Assembly: GCA_002433065.1 (NCBI GenBank)
Contig: DJHK01000041.1
Location: 109,922 to 173,921 of the forward strand
Length of the DNA: 64,000 nt
Origin: Chloroflexi bacterium UBA6622
Lineage (GTDB): Bacteria > Chloroflexota > UBA11872
Reading direction: 5' to 3'
The notes below the pieces were generated by a model. That model was given only the letters and a program-made list of their open reading frames with translations. It was not told the DNA's origin and searched no databases. This document shows, one piece after another, positions 29,455-37,999 of this stretch. The position numbers were made by a program, and so were the translations under genes. Positions within the stretch are counted from its first letter, which is position 1, and each line of letters opens with the position of its first letter.

Positions 29455-32076
29455 ATGAAAACTGCTGATATTCGGGATCTTTACCTAGGGTTTTTCGAGG
29501 CCCGTCAACATGCCATTTTGCCAAGTTCTTCGCTCGTGCCTGTTGGTGATCCAAGCGTGCTGCTTACGTCAGCGGGTATGCAGCAGTTCAAACCGTATTT
29601 TAGTGGTGAAAAGAATCCTCCTTACAGCCGTATCACAACCGTTCAAAAGTGTTTTCGAGCAACCGATATTGACGAGGTTGGCGACCTTAGCCATCTCACA
29701 TGTTTTGAGATGTTGGGGAACTTTAGCTTCGGCGATTATTTCAAGGAAGAGGCGATTAAGTGGGCTCGCCAGCTTGTTCTTGATGAGGCTGGTATTGACC
29801 CGAGTCGTTTATGGGTAACCGTATATGAAGGCGGAGGCCCGGTTCCCAGGGATGATGAGGCAGTTGAAATTTGGACAGATCTTGGGCATCCGGGAGAGCG
29901 CATCGCCTACGCAGGAGAGGATAATTTTTGGGGGCCCACTGGCAATAGTGGGCCGTGTGGTCCGACAACCGAGTTGCACATCAACCTTCGACCTGATTTG
30001 CCTGACGTGGGCCCGATGCAAGCACCCGACCAGTATCTCGAGATTTGGAATGTCGTATTCAATCAGTATTTTAAATCGATCGAGGGTGAACTAAATCCTC
30101 TGGATCAGCAGGGTGTGGACACCGGTGCGGGTTTGGAGCGTTGGGCGGTTGTTTTGCAGGGTGTATCTTCAATCTACGAAACCGATACTTGGAAGCCTTT
30201 GATTGAGGCGGCTTCTGAATGTGCAGGGGTTGCGTATGACCCCATTGCTGAAAGCGGTCGTTCGTTACGGGTAATTGCTCAGCATTCCCGTGCATCGGCT
30301 TTTCTAATTGGGGACGGTGTAATGCCTGGCAATGAGGGACGGGGTTATGTGCTTAGGCGAAGTATTCGTCAGGCTGTTCGTCACGGACGTCAGCTCAACA
30401 TTGACGAAGACGCGCTTGGGCCGGTGGTTGCGTCGGCTATTAAGGTTATGGCAGAGCAGGGCTATGGAGAACTTCTTTCACGAGCAGATTTCATTCAGGG
30501 CGTGGTTCAAGACGAGGAGGGTCGATTTCGGCGTACGCTCGATTCTGGCATTACGCGTTTAGAAGACATTCTTGCGGAAGTAGAACCTGGCGGGAAGGTT
30601 GATGGCGCTCGGGCATTCGAGCTGTATGACACATTTGGTTTTCCTATGGATATAACTCGTGACATTGCTGGCGAGCGTGGTTTTGGTGTGGATGAAGAGG
30701 CGTTTACGAAGGCTCTAGCAAGTCAAAAGGCTCGTAGTCGGTCTGCGCACTCCAAGGACAGCACGGAATCTCTACCATCCGGATTTGGAGAGACGATCTT
30801 CACTGGTTACGACTTTGTAACGTCGGGGGAATCCACCGTAGTGGCTATTGAAAATGAAGGCCTGCTCGTTCAGTCGGCTAACGCCGGTTCGAAAATAATG
30901 GCTATTCTCGACCAAACGCCCTTCTATGGTGAGTCGGGTGGGCAGGTCGGGGACACTGGTGTTCTAGAAGCTCCGGAAGGGCTTGTAACCGTCCTTGACA
31001 CTGTTAAAAGTCCAGAAGGAACGGTGGTGCATATATGCCGCATTTCAAAAGGCGTGCTTGCCATTGGTGATCGGGTACGGGCAGTGGTAGATCGTGAACG
31101 TCGGTTTAACATTATGCGAAATCACACGGCGACGCACCTGCTGCATGCTGCGCTTCGTCGTCGGCTTGGCGACCATGTTCGGCAGGCAGGGTCTTTGGTT
31201 GACCCGGATAGGCTTCGTTTCGATTTCACGCACCCTGATTCGCTAACCGATGCTGAACTTGAAGAAGTGCAGGCCTGGGTTAATGCAGAGGTTCTCAAAG
31301 ATCACCCGGTGGAAACACGACTTACCGAGGTTCGGGTTGCTGTGGAGGCGGGTGCCATGGCTCTGTTCGGTGAAAAGTACGGCGAAGTAGTTCGTATGGT
31401 CACTTTAGACCCGATAAGTACAGAGCTCTGCGGAGGAACTCATTGCTCGGCAAGTAATCAGATCGGCTTGTTTGCGATTGTGCAACAGACGGGAATTGCT
31501 GCGGGAGTTCGGCGTATTGAGGCAGTTACTGGAGATGGGTCCGTGAAATTTGTTGGGCGTAATCAAGATTTATTAAAACAAGTATCGGGTCGTCTGGAGG
31601 CCGGTCAATCCGAGGTGCTTGCTCGAGTTGAGGGGTTGCTTGAGCAGCTAGGCGAGATGCGTCGTCGTCTCCATGTTGCAGATCTAACTGAAGCGGCTCG
31701 GCTCGCCGAGCAGCTCTCGCAAGACGTTCACCATCTCCACGGTGTTCAACTTGTTTGTGCTGAAGTCTCTTTTGGCGACCGGAATGTAATGCGACATTTA
31801 ACCAAAGAGCTCCAACAGCGTTTATCAGATCCGTGGGTGATCTTGCTTGGATCCATTTCAAATGGAAAACCTTCGTTTGTGGCGGCAGTTTCCCCTGCAG
31901 CGGTTGACCTTGGCCTGCATGCAGGTGAACTTGCTAAGTACGTAGCCGGAGTTGCCGGTGGTAGCGGTGGAGGCCGTCCGGAACTCGCCATGTCTGGTGG
32001 TAAGCATTGCGAAAAGCTTCCCGATGCGCTTGATGCTGGTCGAGCCTATGTGGAGCAGTTGGAAGGCTCGGTATGA
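29455..32076 (+). CDS. alaS: alanine--tRNA ligase
   Basis: 873 aa. Motifs: FFEARQHAILPSSSLVP, FKPYF, QKCFRATDIDEVG, the editing-domain HTATHLLH motif, and the C-terminal DHHA1-like region. Confidence 0.97.
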   Translation: MKTADIRDLYLGFFEARQHAILPSSSLVPVGDPSVLLTSAGMQQFKPYFSGEKNPPYSRITTVQKCFRATDIDEVGDLSHLTCFEMLGNFSFGDYFKEEAIKWARQLVLDEAGIDPSRLWVTVYEGGGPVPRDDEAVEIWTDLGHPGERIAYAGEDNFWGPTGNSGPCGPTTELHINLRPDLPDVGPMQAPDQYLEIWNVVFNQYFKSIEGELNPLDQQGVDTGAGLERWAVVLQGVSSIYETDTWKPLIEAASECAGVAYDPIAESGRSLRVIAQHSRASAFLIGDGVMPGNEGRGYVLRRSIRQAVRHGRQLNIDEDALGPVVASAIKVMAEQGYGELLSRADFIQGVVQDEEGRFRRTLDSGITRLEDILAEVEPGGKVDGARAFELYDTFGFPMDITRDIAGERGFGVDEEAFTKALASQKARSRSAHSKDSTESLPSGFGETIFTGYDFVTSGESTVVAIENEGLLVQSANAGSKIMAILDQTPFYGESGGQVGDTGVLEAPEGLVTVLDTVKSPEGTVVHICRISKGVLAIGDRVRAVVDRERRFNIMRNHTATHLLHAALRRRLGDHVRQAGSLVDPDRLRFDFTHPDSLTDAELEEVQAWVNAEVLKDHPVETRLTEVRVAVEAGAMALFGEKYGEVVRMVTLDPISTELCGGTHCSASNQIGLFAIVQQTGIAAGVRRIEAVTGDGSVKFVGRNQDLLKQVSGRLEAGQSEVLARVEGLLEQLGEMRRRLHVADLTEAARLAEQLSQDVHHLHGVQLVCAEVSFGDRNVMRHLTKELQQRLSDPWVILLGSISNGKPSFVAAVSPAAVDLGLHAGELAKYVAGVAGGSGGGRPELAMSGGKHCEKLPDALDAGRAYVEQLEGSV

Positions 32077-33446
32077 ACCAGGGCTCAAACGTTGTTATAG
32101 AACGGATTTCGAGGTCTGATCTGGATGATGCAACCGTTCGCTTCGACCAAAATCCAGGTATAGGTGGTCGGGGAGGAACATTTGAGAACGGTCGTGTGAG
32201 ATTTGAAAGGATGCAGGGAGCACATCTTGGCGAATCGGCGGCTGTCGCCTGGCCTCTCTGGGGCAAGCTTTCGGGAGATTTGGCCTCGGTCCGCGCGGTG
32301 GCTGCGTTTGCCGCGGCATTTGTTTTAGCGATGGTGTTGCTGTTTGTTGGTGTTTTCTACTATGTGGTTCCTTCCAGCTCGGTCGTTATTTCTCCCCGCG
32401 TCCAGAACATACCGGTGGATGTCGGAGTCAGAATTGATCCTGACGCCGGTGCTGTGGATATTGATCGGGGTATCGTGCCGGCCTTGATCACAGAAGTTGA
32501 AGTCTCGGAGTCCCTGACAAAACCGACCACGGGGCGTCGGCGGGAACCCAGCTCCCATGCAGAGGGGTTGGTAACCCTTCGGAATAGGACCGATCAAGCG
32601 CTTGAGTTGCCGATGGGCTCTCGTGTGACTTCAGTTGATGGCGTCGTTTTTCTCACAAAGGCCCCACTTCTTGTGCCGGCTACCCTCAAGGTCGGGGCCA
32701 CTAGCATTCCCGGTGAGGCAAGTGTAGTTGTTAGGGCAGATCTCCCGGGTTTGAGCGGAAACGCACCGCCACTTTCCATCACTCAAGTAAGCGGAGATCT
32801 GGGAGCAAAGTTAGAGGTATTTAATCCGCAGGCGTTTCGTGGTGGTGATGAGCGCGAGGTCTTTTTGGTCACTCAGCGGGATATGGATGAGCTGTCAAGT
32901 GTTTTGCTGGAACGGTTGCAGAGTGCGGCTATTGAACGGTTGCGTAGGCAGCGTGAAACTCACCAAGATCTAGTGGTTTGGTCGCCAGCCGCAGGAAACC
33001 CACAAATACTCGAAGAATCTTTCAGTGCATTGATTGATGACAGAACCGGGGAATTGACATTAACGATGGCTATTCGTGCTCAGGCCACCATGTTTTCTGT
33101 AGCTGATGCGAAAGCTGTTATTCGGGACCGGATTATGTCGAATCCCGACCATCAATATTTTGATGTGGACTTGGTCGATATAAGAGGGCACAAGGTTTTG
33201 GCTGAAAACCAGGGTCTTATGGATGTGCAGTTTGCTGCAGTGGGACAAGTGATTGACGATATTGACACGGATCGTGCTCGTGCTCTGATAACTGGCCAAA
33301 GACTTGGCGAGGGAATGGAAGCTCTTCGGGCAATGCCAGGTGTTCGTGATGTTTCAGTTGTGCACCACCCTCCGGAGACTCAAAATTTCCCGCGCCTCGG
33401 ATTCAGAGTTGGCGTCACGATTAAATCGGACCGGTCTGATCAATAG
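32073..33446 (+). CDS. single-pass membrane protein of unknown function (possible baseplate-J-like beta domain)
   Basis: 457 aa. Its ATG overlaps the alaS TGA (ATGA). One TM helix (AVAAFAAAFVLAMVLLFVGVFYYVV). The extracytoplasmic part has a segment GLVTLRNRTDQALELPMGSRVTS.DGVVF...GEASVVVRADLPGLSGN reminiscent of the gp47/baseplate-J fold. The family call is tentative. Confidence 0.6.
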   Translation: MNQGSNVVIERISRSDLDDATVRFDQNPGIGGRGGTFENGRVRFERMQGAHLGESAAVAWPLWGKLSGDLASVRAVAAFAAAFVLAMVLLFVGVFYYVVPSSSVVISPRVQNIPVDVGVRIDPDAGAVDIDRGIVPALITEVEVSESLTKPTTGRRREPSSHAEGLVTLRNRTDQALELPMGSRVTSVDGVVFLTKAPLLVPATLKVGATSIPGEASVVVRADLPGLSGNAPPLSITQVSGDLGAKLEVFNPQAFRGGDEREVFLVTQRDMDELSSVLLERLQSAAIERLRRQRETHQDLVVWSPAAGNPQILEESFSALIDDRTGELTLTMAIRAQATMFSVADAKAVIRDRIMSNPDHQYFDVDLVDIRGHKVLAENQGLMDVQFAAVGQVIDDIDTDRARALITGQRLGEGMEALRAMPGVRDVSVVHHPPETQNFPRLGFRVGVTIKSDRSDQ

Positions 33447-33474
33447 GTTTGAGCCAGAGCTTCCTCCTCCAACT

Positions 33475-33873
33475 TTGGGTAAGCGAGTTGCTGCTTTTGA
33501 TCTTGGTGAGCGAAGGATTGGTGTGGCAGTCTCCGATCCTGGCGGAGGATTTGTGACCCTTCGTACGACAATTGTGCGGCATTCAGAGGAGGCGGATAAA
33601 CGGGTGCTTGGCCGTATATTCGACGAGTATCAAGTTGAGGTACTTGTTGTTGGCCTGCCGTTACACGCTGATGGAAGCGAAGGTGCACAGGCGTCTCGTT
33701 GTCGCGAATGGGCTTCTCGACTTTTTCAAGATTGGACGGACGATATTCATTGGGAAAACGAACACCTGACGAGTGATGAGGCCCGGCAACTGGGGGCGGT
33801 AGCTGACGCAATTGATGCGACGGCTGCTGAGTTGCTGTTACGTAGTTTCCTGGGAAAACCCACAAAATGTTGA
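33475..33873 (+). CDS. ruvX: Holliday junction resolvase-like pre-16S rRNA nuclease RuvX (YqgF)
   Basis: Core motifs: VAAFDLGERRIGVAVSD, VLVVGLPLHADGSEG and NEHLTSDEA. The track ORF starts at 33304 but overlaps the previous gene by 143 nt. An in-frame TTG at 33475 gives 132 aa, typical for YqgF. The start is uncertain. Confidence 0.8.
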   Translation: MGKRVAAFDLGERRIGVAVSDPGGGFVTLRTTIVRHSEEADKRVLGRIFDEYQVEVLVVGLPLHADGSEGAQASRCREWASRLFQDWTDDIHWENEHLTSDEARQLGAVADAIDATAAELLLRSFLGKPTKC

Positions 33874-34919
33874 GTCGTGTGAGTGTGGTGTTACAAAGTC
33901 TTGCGATTGTTGTGATCACGCTTGGCGGTGTGCTTTATCTCGCGTATTCGTTGACGTCACGGTTTGCCGATTCTCCTTCGACTGTAGCAGCACGGACTGT
34001 TGTGTTTACCATTCCTGCTGGAGCAACTACCGCGGATATTGGCCGAGATCTTCAAGAACTGGAGCTTATTCAGAGCGAGAAATTGTTTGAGGTTTTGGTG
34101 GCAAGGCGAGGTCTCGATGGGCAGCTAAGGCAAGGAAGTTTCCTTCTTAGGCCAAACATGTCGCTTGACGAAATTCTTAGCACGTTTAGTCAGGCCACCG
34201 TTGTTGAACAAACAATCACGTTCCCTGAGGGCTGGCGTTTAGAAGAGATGGCAGAGCGCATCGCAGACCAAACGGAGATTGACGAGGCCGAATTTCTACG
34301 GATAGCGAGGGAGGAGTCCGCGTCGTTCGCCAGCGAATTTTCGTTTATAAAGGTACTGCCTCCAGGGCATAGCCTTGAAGGCTATCTATTCCCTGATACG
34401 TATCAGATTGATTCGGGTACGACGGCACGTGATCTAGTTTTGCGCATGCTTCAGCGATTCGAACAAGTTGTCGATGCCTCGCTCCGTTCGGCAGCTGCTC
34501 AAGTTGGACTAAATGTGCATGAGTTAATCACTCTTGCCTCAATAATTGAGCGTGAAGCGATGCGCGACGATGAACGAGCGCTGATCTCGGGCGTTTTTCA
34601 CAATCGTCTTGTGCAGGGAGTGCTTCTTCAAGCTGACCCAACTGTCCAATATGTGCTCGGGCAGGATGGGTCCGGGGGGAGATGGTGGAAAAGGGATATC
34701 AATAGATCAGATCTCCAGACTCCTTCTAAGTACAATACCTATGTGACTGGTGGATTGCCGCCAGGCCCGATTGCGGGGCCTGGTCTAAAGTCCATTACGG
34801 CTGCGGCTAATCCAGCAAACACGTCATATTTGTTTTTTGTTGCACGAGGTGATGGTTCTCACGAGTTCGCGCGGACAAACGAAGAGCATGAAGTAAACAT
34901 GAAGCGGTATTTGAGGTGA
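33867..34919 (+). CDS. mltG: endolytic murein transglycosylase MltG (YceG family)
   Basis: 350 aa. N-terminal TM. Motifs: ASIIEREA, LQADPTVQY and YNTYVTGGLPPGPIAGPG. Confidence 0.9.
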   Translation: MLSRVSVVLQSLAIVVITLGGVLYLAYSLTSRFADSPSTVAARTVVFTIPAGATTADIGRDLQELELIQSEKLFEVLVARRGLDGQLRQGSFLLRPNMSLDEILSTFSQATVVEQTITFPEGWRLEEMAERIADQTEIDEAEFLRIAREESASFASEFSFIKVLPPGHSLEGYLFPDTYQIDSGTTARDLVLRMLQRFEQVVDASLRSAAAQVGLNVHELITLASIIEREAMRDDERALISGVFHNRLVQGVLLQADPTVQYVLGQDGSGGRWWKRDINRSDLQTPSKYNTYVTGGLPPGPIAGPGLKSITAAANPANTSYLFFVARGDGSHEFARTNEEHEVNMKRYLR

Positions 34920-35980
34920 CATCCAATAGGACGGATCTTCTCATAGCAAGCTGTGCCGAACTTGATGTGGATGGCATGATCGTGACAGGTGAGGCCAATC
35001 GTCGATACCTTAGCGGGTTTACCGGAAGCTCCGGCACGCTGCTAATAAGTGTCAATGCTCGTTGGCTGGTTACGGATTCTCGTTATACAGAACAGGCTGG
35101 TAGACAGGCGATTGATTATGACGTGATCGAAAGCGTCGAATTGCTACAGCAAATCAAATGTTGGGTTGTTTCGTTGGGTGTTTCCCGGCTTGGATTTGAA
35201 TCGGAGCACACGTCGGTTAAACAGCTTCAAGAGCTCACTGATTTCCTTGCTGCTGAGCAGTGCTTGGTAACCCTTGTTCCCTTAGAAGATGTTGTTGAAG
35301 CGCAACGTGTCGTGAAAGACAAAGCGGAATTGAACTTGCTTACAGAAGCTGTGAGGCTTGCAGATGATGTTATGCACTGTGCGGGTGAGTGGTTAGTTTC
35401 TGGCGTGGTCGAACGTGATTTAGCCGCTGATCTAGAACATCACATGCGCAAACTAGGCGGCGACGGCCCTTCGTTTCCGACGATCGTTGCTTCTGGCCCC
35501 AATGGTGCGATGGCTCACCATTCTCCAGGTGATCGGTTGATAACCAACGGTGATTCGGTCATCGTCGATCTTGGGGTCAAATTGGATGGATACTGCTCGG
35601 ATATAACCCGGACCTTTTATGTGGGTGGGTCGGATGATAGGTTTCGGGAAATTTACGGTGTGGTTTTGTCGGCCCAAGCCGCGGTCGAGACTGGGATGTC
35701 AGCTGGTATGACAGGGAAGACTGCCGATGGGCTGGCCCGACAGGTGATTGTTGACGCTGGTTTTGGTGATTGTTTTGGGCACGGTACAGGACATGGTGTA
35801 GGTCTTGAGATTCACGAGGCTCCCACGGTTTCGCCTCGAAACGAAGGAAGGCTTCCTGTCGGCGCTGTTACCTCAGTTGAACCCGGCATATATGTACCTG
35901 GCTGGGGAGGCGTTCGTATAGAGGATCTTGTAGTTATCGGGGATGATTGTGTTGAGGTGTTAACACAGTCTGCAAAATGA
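34916..35980 (+). CDS. pepP: Xaa-Pro aminopeptidase/dipeptidase (M24B)
   Basis: 354 aa. GTGA overlap with the mltG stop. Creatinase-like N domain. M24 metal ligands are in context (VIVDLGVKLDGYCSDITRT, GHGTGHGVGLEIHE, SVEPGIY, VRIEDLV). Confidence 0.85.
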   Translation: MTSNRTDLLIASCAELDVDGMIVTGEANRRYLSGFTGSSGTLLISVNARWLVTDSRYTEQAGRQAIDYDVIESVELLQQIKCWVVSLGVSRLGFESEHTSVKQLQELTDFLAAEQCLVTLVPLEDVVEAQRVVKDKAELNLLTEAVRLADDVMHCAGEWLVSGVVERDLAADLEHHMRKLGGDGPSFPTIVASGPNGAMAHHSPGDRLITNGDSVIVDLGVKLDGYCSDITRTFYVGGSDDRFREIYGVVLSAQAAVETGMSAGMTGKTADGLARQVIVDAGFGDCFGHGTGHGVGLEIHEAPTVSPRNEGRLPVGAVTSVEPGIYVPGWGGVRIEDLVVIGDDCVEVLTQSAK

Positions 35981-36018
35981 GAGGGCTAATAGCAGGTGAA
36001 TGAATCGAAACACTTACA

Positions 36019-36576
36019 GTGATTGATGCAGGTGAGTTGCGTCGTGGTTGGGTGTTGCGGATTGAGAATATTCTGTTTCAGGTGGTGGAATTCCAGCACC
36101 AAAAAATCGGCCGTGGTTCTGCGAACGTAAGGTTACGGTTGCGGGACCTTCGAGGGGGGTCGATAACTGACCGAACTTTTCAAGCTTCCAAGAGATTTGA
36201 ACGTGTCATCTTGGATTCGCATAAGGTGCAGTTTCTCTATAACGATGACTCGGGATATCACTTTATGGATGTGGAATCATTCGAAGAATTAACGCTGTCC
36301 ACGGATTCTGTAGGCGATGCCGCCAATTATCTTCCCGACGGGTTGGAGCTAGAGATTGTGGCCTTCGAGTCTTCACCTATCGGCCTTGAATTGCCGGTCA
36401 CGGTAGATATGGAAGTTGTTGAAACAGAACCTGGTGTCCGTGGTGATACGGCTACGGGGGCGACTAAACAGGCCAAGCTTGTCACAGGGTTAACGGTACA
36501 GGTTCCGCTTTTTGTCGATAAAGGCGATGTGCTTCGTATAGACACTCGGACCGGCGATTACCAGTCTAGAGCGTGA
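36019..36576 (+). CDS. efp: elongation factor P
   Basis: 185 aa, GTG start. Aligns along its full length with B. subtilis and E. coli EF-P (VVEFQHQKIGRGSANVRLRLRDL; GVRGDTATGATKQAKL; VPLFV). The loop-tip residue 32 is Arg. Confidence 0.95.
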   Translation: MIDAGELRRGWVLRIENILFQVVEFQHQKIGRGSANVRLRLRDLRGGSITDRTFQASKRFERVILDSHKVQFLYNDDSGYHFMDVESFEELTLSTDSVGDAANYLPDGLELEIVAFESSPIGLELPVTVDMEVVETEPGVRGDTATGATKQAKLVTGLTVQVPLFVDKGDVLRIDTRTGDYQSRA

Positions 36577-36596
36577 ATGGAAGCGAAGGGGTAGCT

Positions 36597-37058
36597 ATGG
36601 CAGATGATCACGATTGGGATGACCTTCTAATTGAGAAAGTACCCCGGCTTGCGGAATTGTTGAAAGAGACTGGTGCGGAGGAAATTGAGATTGGTGATGG
36701 CGACCGAATGGTTCGTGTGCGCCGGTCTATTGACCTGCTATCGACTCAACCAGTCGCCAAATCCGAAGCCGAGTTAGAAGGCAAAGATTCAGCAGGTGAT
36801 GATGCGGTAACGAATGTTGACTCAGAGCAGGTCGGGGTGTTTAGGGCTATCGCTGAGGAAGATGCATCAACTCCCGCTGTGGTTGGTGACGAGGTCGAAG
36901 AAGGTCAGGTGATTGGTTTTGTTGATGTGCTAGGTGTGCCGCACGAGGTTAGTTCGCCAGTAAGTGGTGTGATTGACGAGGTGCTGGTTCACGACGGATC
37001 GGTTGTAGAGTTCGGACAACGGCTGGTTAAGATTCGTCGGGCTTCAATAATAAACTAA
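36597..37058 (+). CDS. BCCP-like biotinyl-domain protein lacking the biotinylated lysine
   Basis: ATG 36597 with AAGGGG 5 nt upstream; the track start is GTG 36573. The N-terminal LIEKVPRLAELLKETGAEEIEIGDGDRMVRVRR matches the BCCP N domain. The C-terminal hammerhead domain aligns to E. coli AccB, but [13 protein letters not shown] corresponds to GFVDVLGVPHEVS. Confidence 0.75.
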   Translation: MADDHDWDDLLIEKVPRLAELLKETGAEEIEIGDGDRMVRVRRSIDLLSTQPVAKSEAELEGKDSAGDDAVTNVDSEQVGVFRAIAEEDASTPAVVGDEVEEGQVIGFVDVLGVPHEVSSPVSGVIDEVLVHDGSVVEFGQRLVKIRRASIIN

Positions 37059-37999
37059 GGATCTTTTCGTTGTAGTTTTTCGCGGAGCTTTCGCCAGACT
37101 ATTTTTCCGTCTGATTGGTCCCATGAAACAACCAAGCAGGATGCATTGAATAGAGACGAATAGGTTCCAATTGCGAACCCGACGCCTAGGGCAATGGAAA
37201 ACAGGCGGATCGTTGGTCCGCCAAGCACAACCAAGGCAAAAAGCACAGCCATCGCTGTAAGGGACGTGTTTAATGAGCGGGTCAGGCTTTGGTTGATGCT
37301 GAGGTTTACGGTTGTTTCAAAGTTGGGGCGAGAGGATTCGGGAAGTTTGCGGTGTTGTTCTCGGTTTTCACGGATACGATCGAAGACGACGATGGTGTCG
37401 TTCACGGAGAATCCAATGACTGTCAAGATCGCGGTTACAAATAGAGCATCTACTTGGACTTGAGCGAAGTGGCCCAGAAGGGCGAATAGGCCTAAAAGAA
37501 ATATCGCGTCGTGTAACAGCGCGACGATCGCGGCGAAGCCGAGCACTGCAGCGCGTTCCATGCGCCGGAATGCCCAAATAACATAGAGCAATACAAGGGC
37601 AGACGCAATTACTACGGCAACGAGCGCTGCTCTGGTCATTTCGGAACCGACGATAGGCCCTATGGAGGAGAAACTGAGTTCTTGGCCTGGGGAAATTCCA
37701 GAAAATAAGGCCTCGAGAATTGAGTCTTTTTGCTCGATGTTTAACTGTCTAACGCGAACTAAGGCTCCGTTTTCTTCGGTAAGTTGAACGGTTGCATTGT
37801 TATAGCCAGCATCGGACACGACTGACTGAATACGTTGTTGTGTTACTGGTTCCTTGAAACGGACGTGTAGGAGCGCGCCGCCGGTGAAGTCAATCCCAGG
37901 TTTGAGTCCACCGGTCAGGAGAGCGAGTAACCCGGGTAGTAGGAATGTAAGCGAAAGCGCGTACCACCAACCTCTCCGAGCGGTGATCGCAAACGTCAT
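37055..37999 (-). CDS. secF: protein translocase subunit SecF
   Basis: 314 aa with 6 TM. Motifs: GIDFTGGALLHVRF and FSVNDTIVVFDRIREN. Its start overlaps the secD stop. Confidence 0.92.
   Translation of the reverse strand: MTFAITARRGWWYALSLTFLLPGLLALLTGGLKPGIDFTGGALLHVRFKEPVTQQRIQSVVSDAGYNNATVQLTEENGALVRVRQLNIEQKDSILEALFSGISPGQELSFSSIGPIVGSEMTRAALVAVVIASALVLLYVIWAFRRMERAAVLGFAAIVALLHDAIFLLGLFALLGHFAQVQVDALFVTAILTVIGFSVNDTIVVFDRIRENREQHRKLPESSRPNFETTVNLSINQSLTRSLNTSLTAMAVLFALVVLGGPTIRLFSIALGVGFAIGTYSSLFNASCLVVSWDQSDGKIVWRKLREKLQRKDP

Noticed and set aside
33304-33474. 5' extensions of track ORFs: ruvX 33304, isomerase 13253, spermidine synthase 14793, DUF3048 12216, dehydratase 41941, GT2 57777, argF 25815
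   Set aside because: The extensions overlap the preceding gene substantially. They lack family-typical sequence, whereas internal starts give canonical N-termini and lengths.
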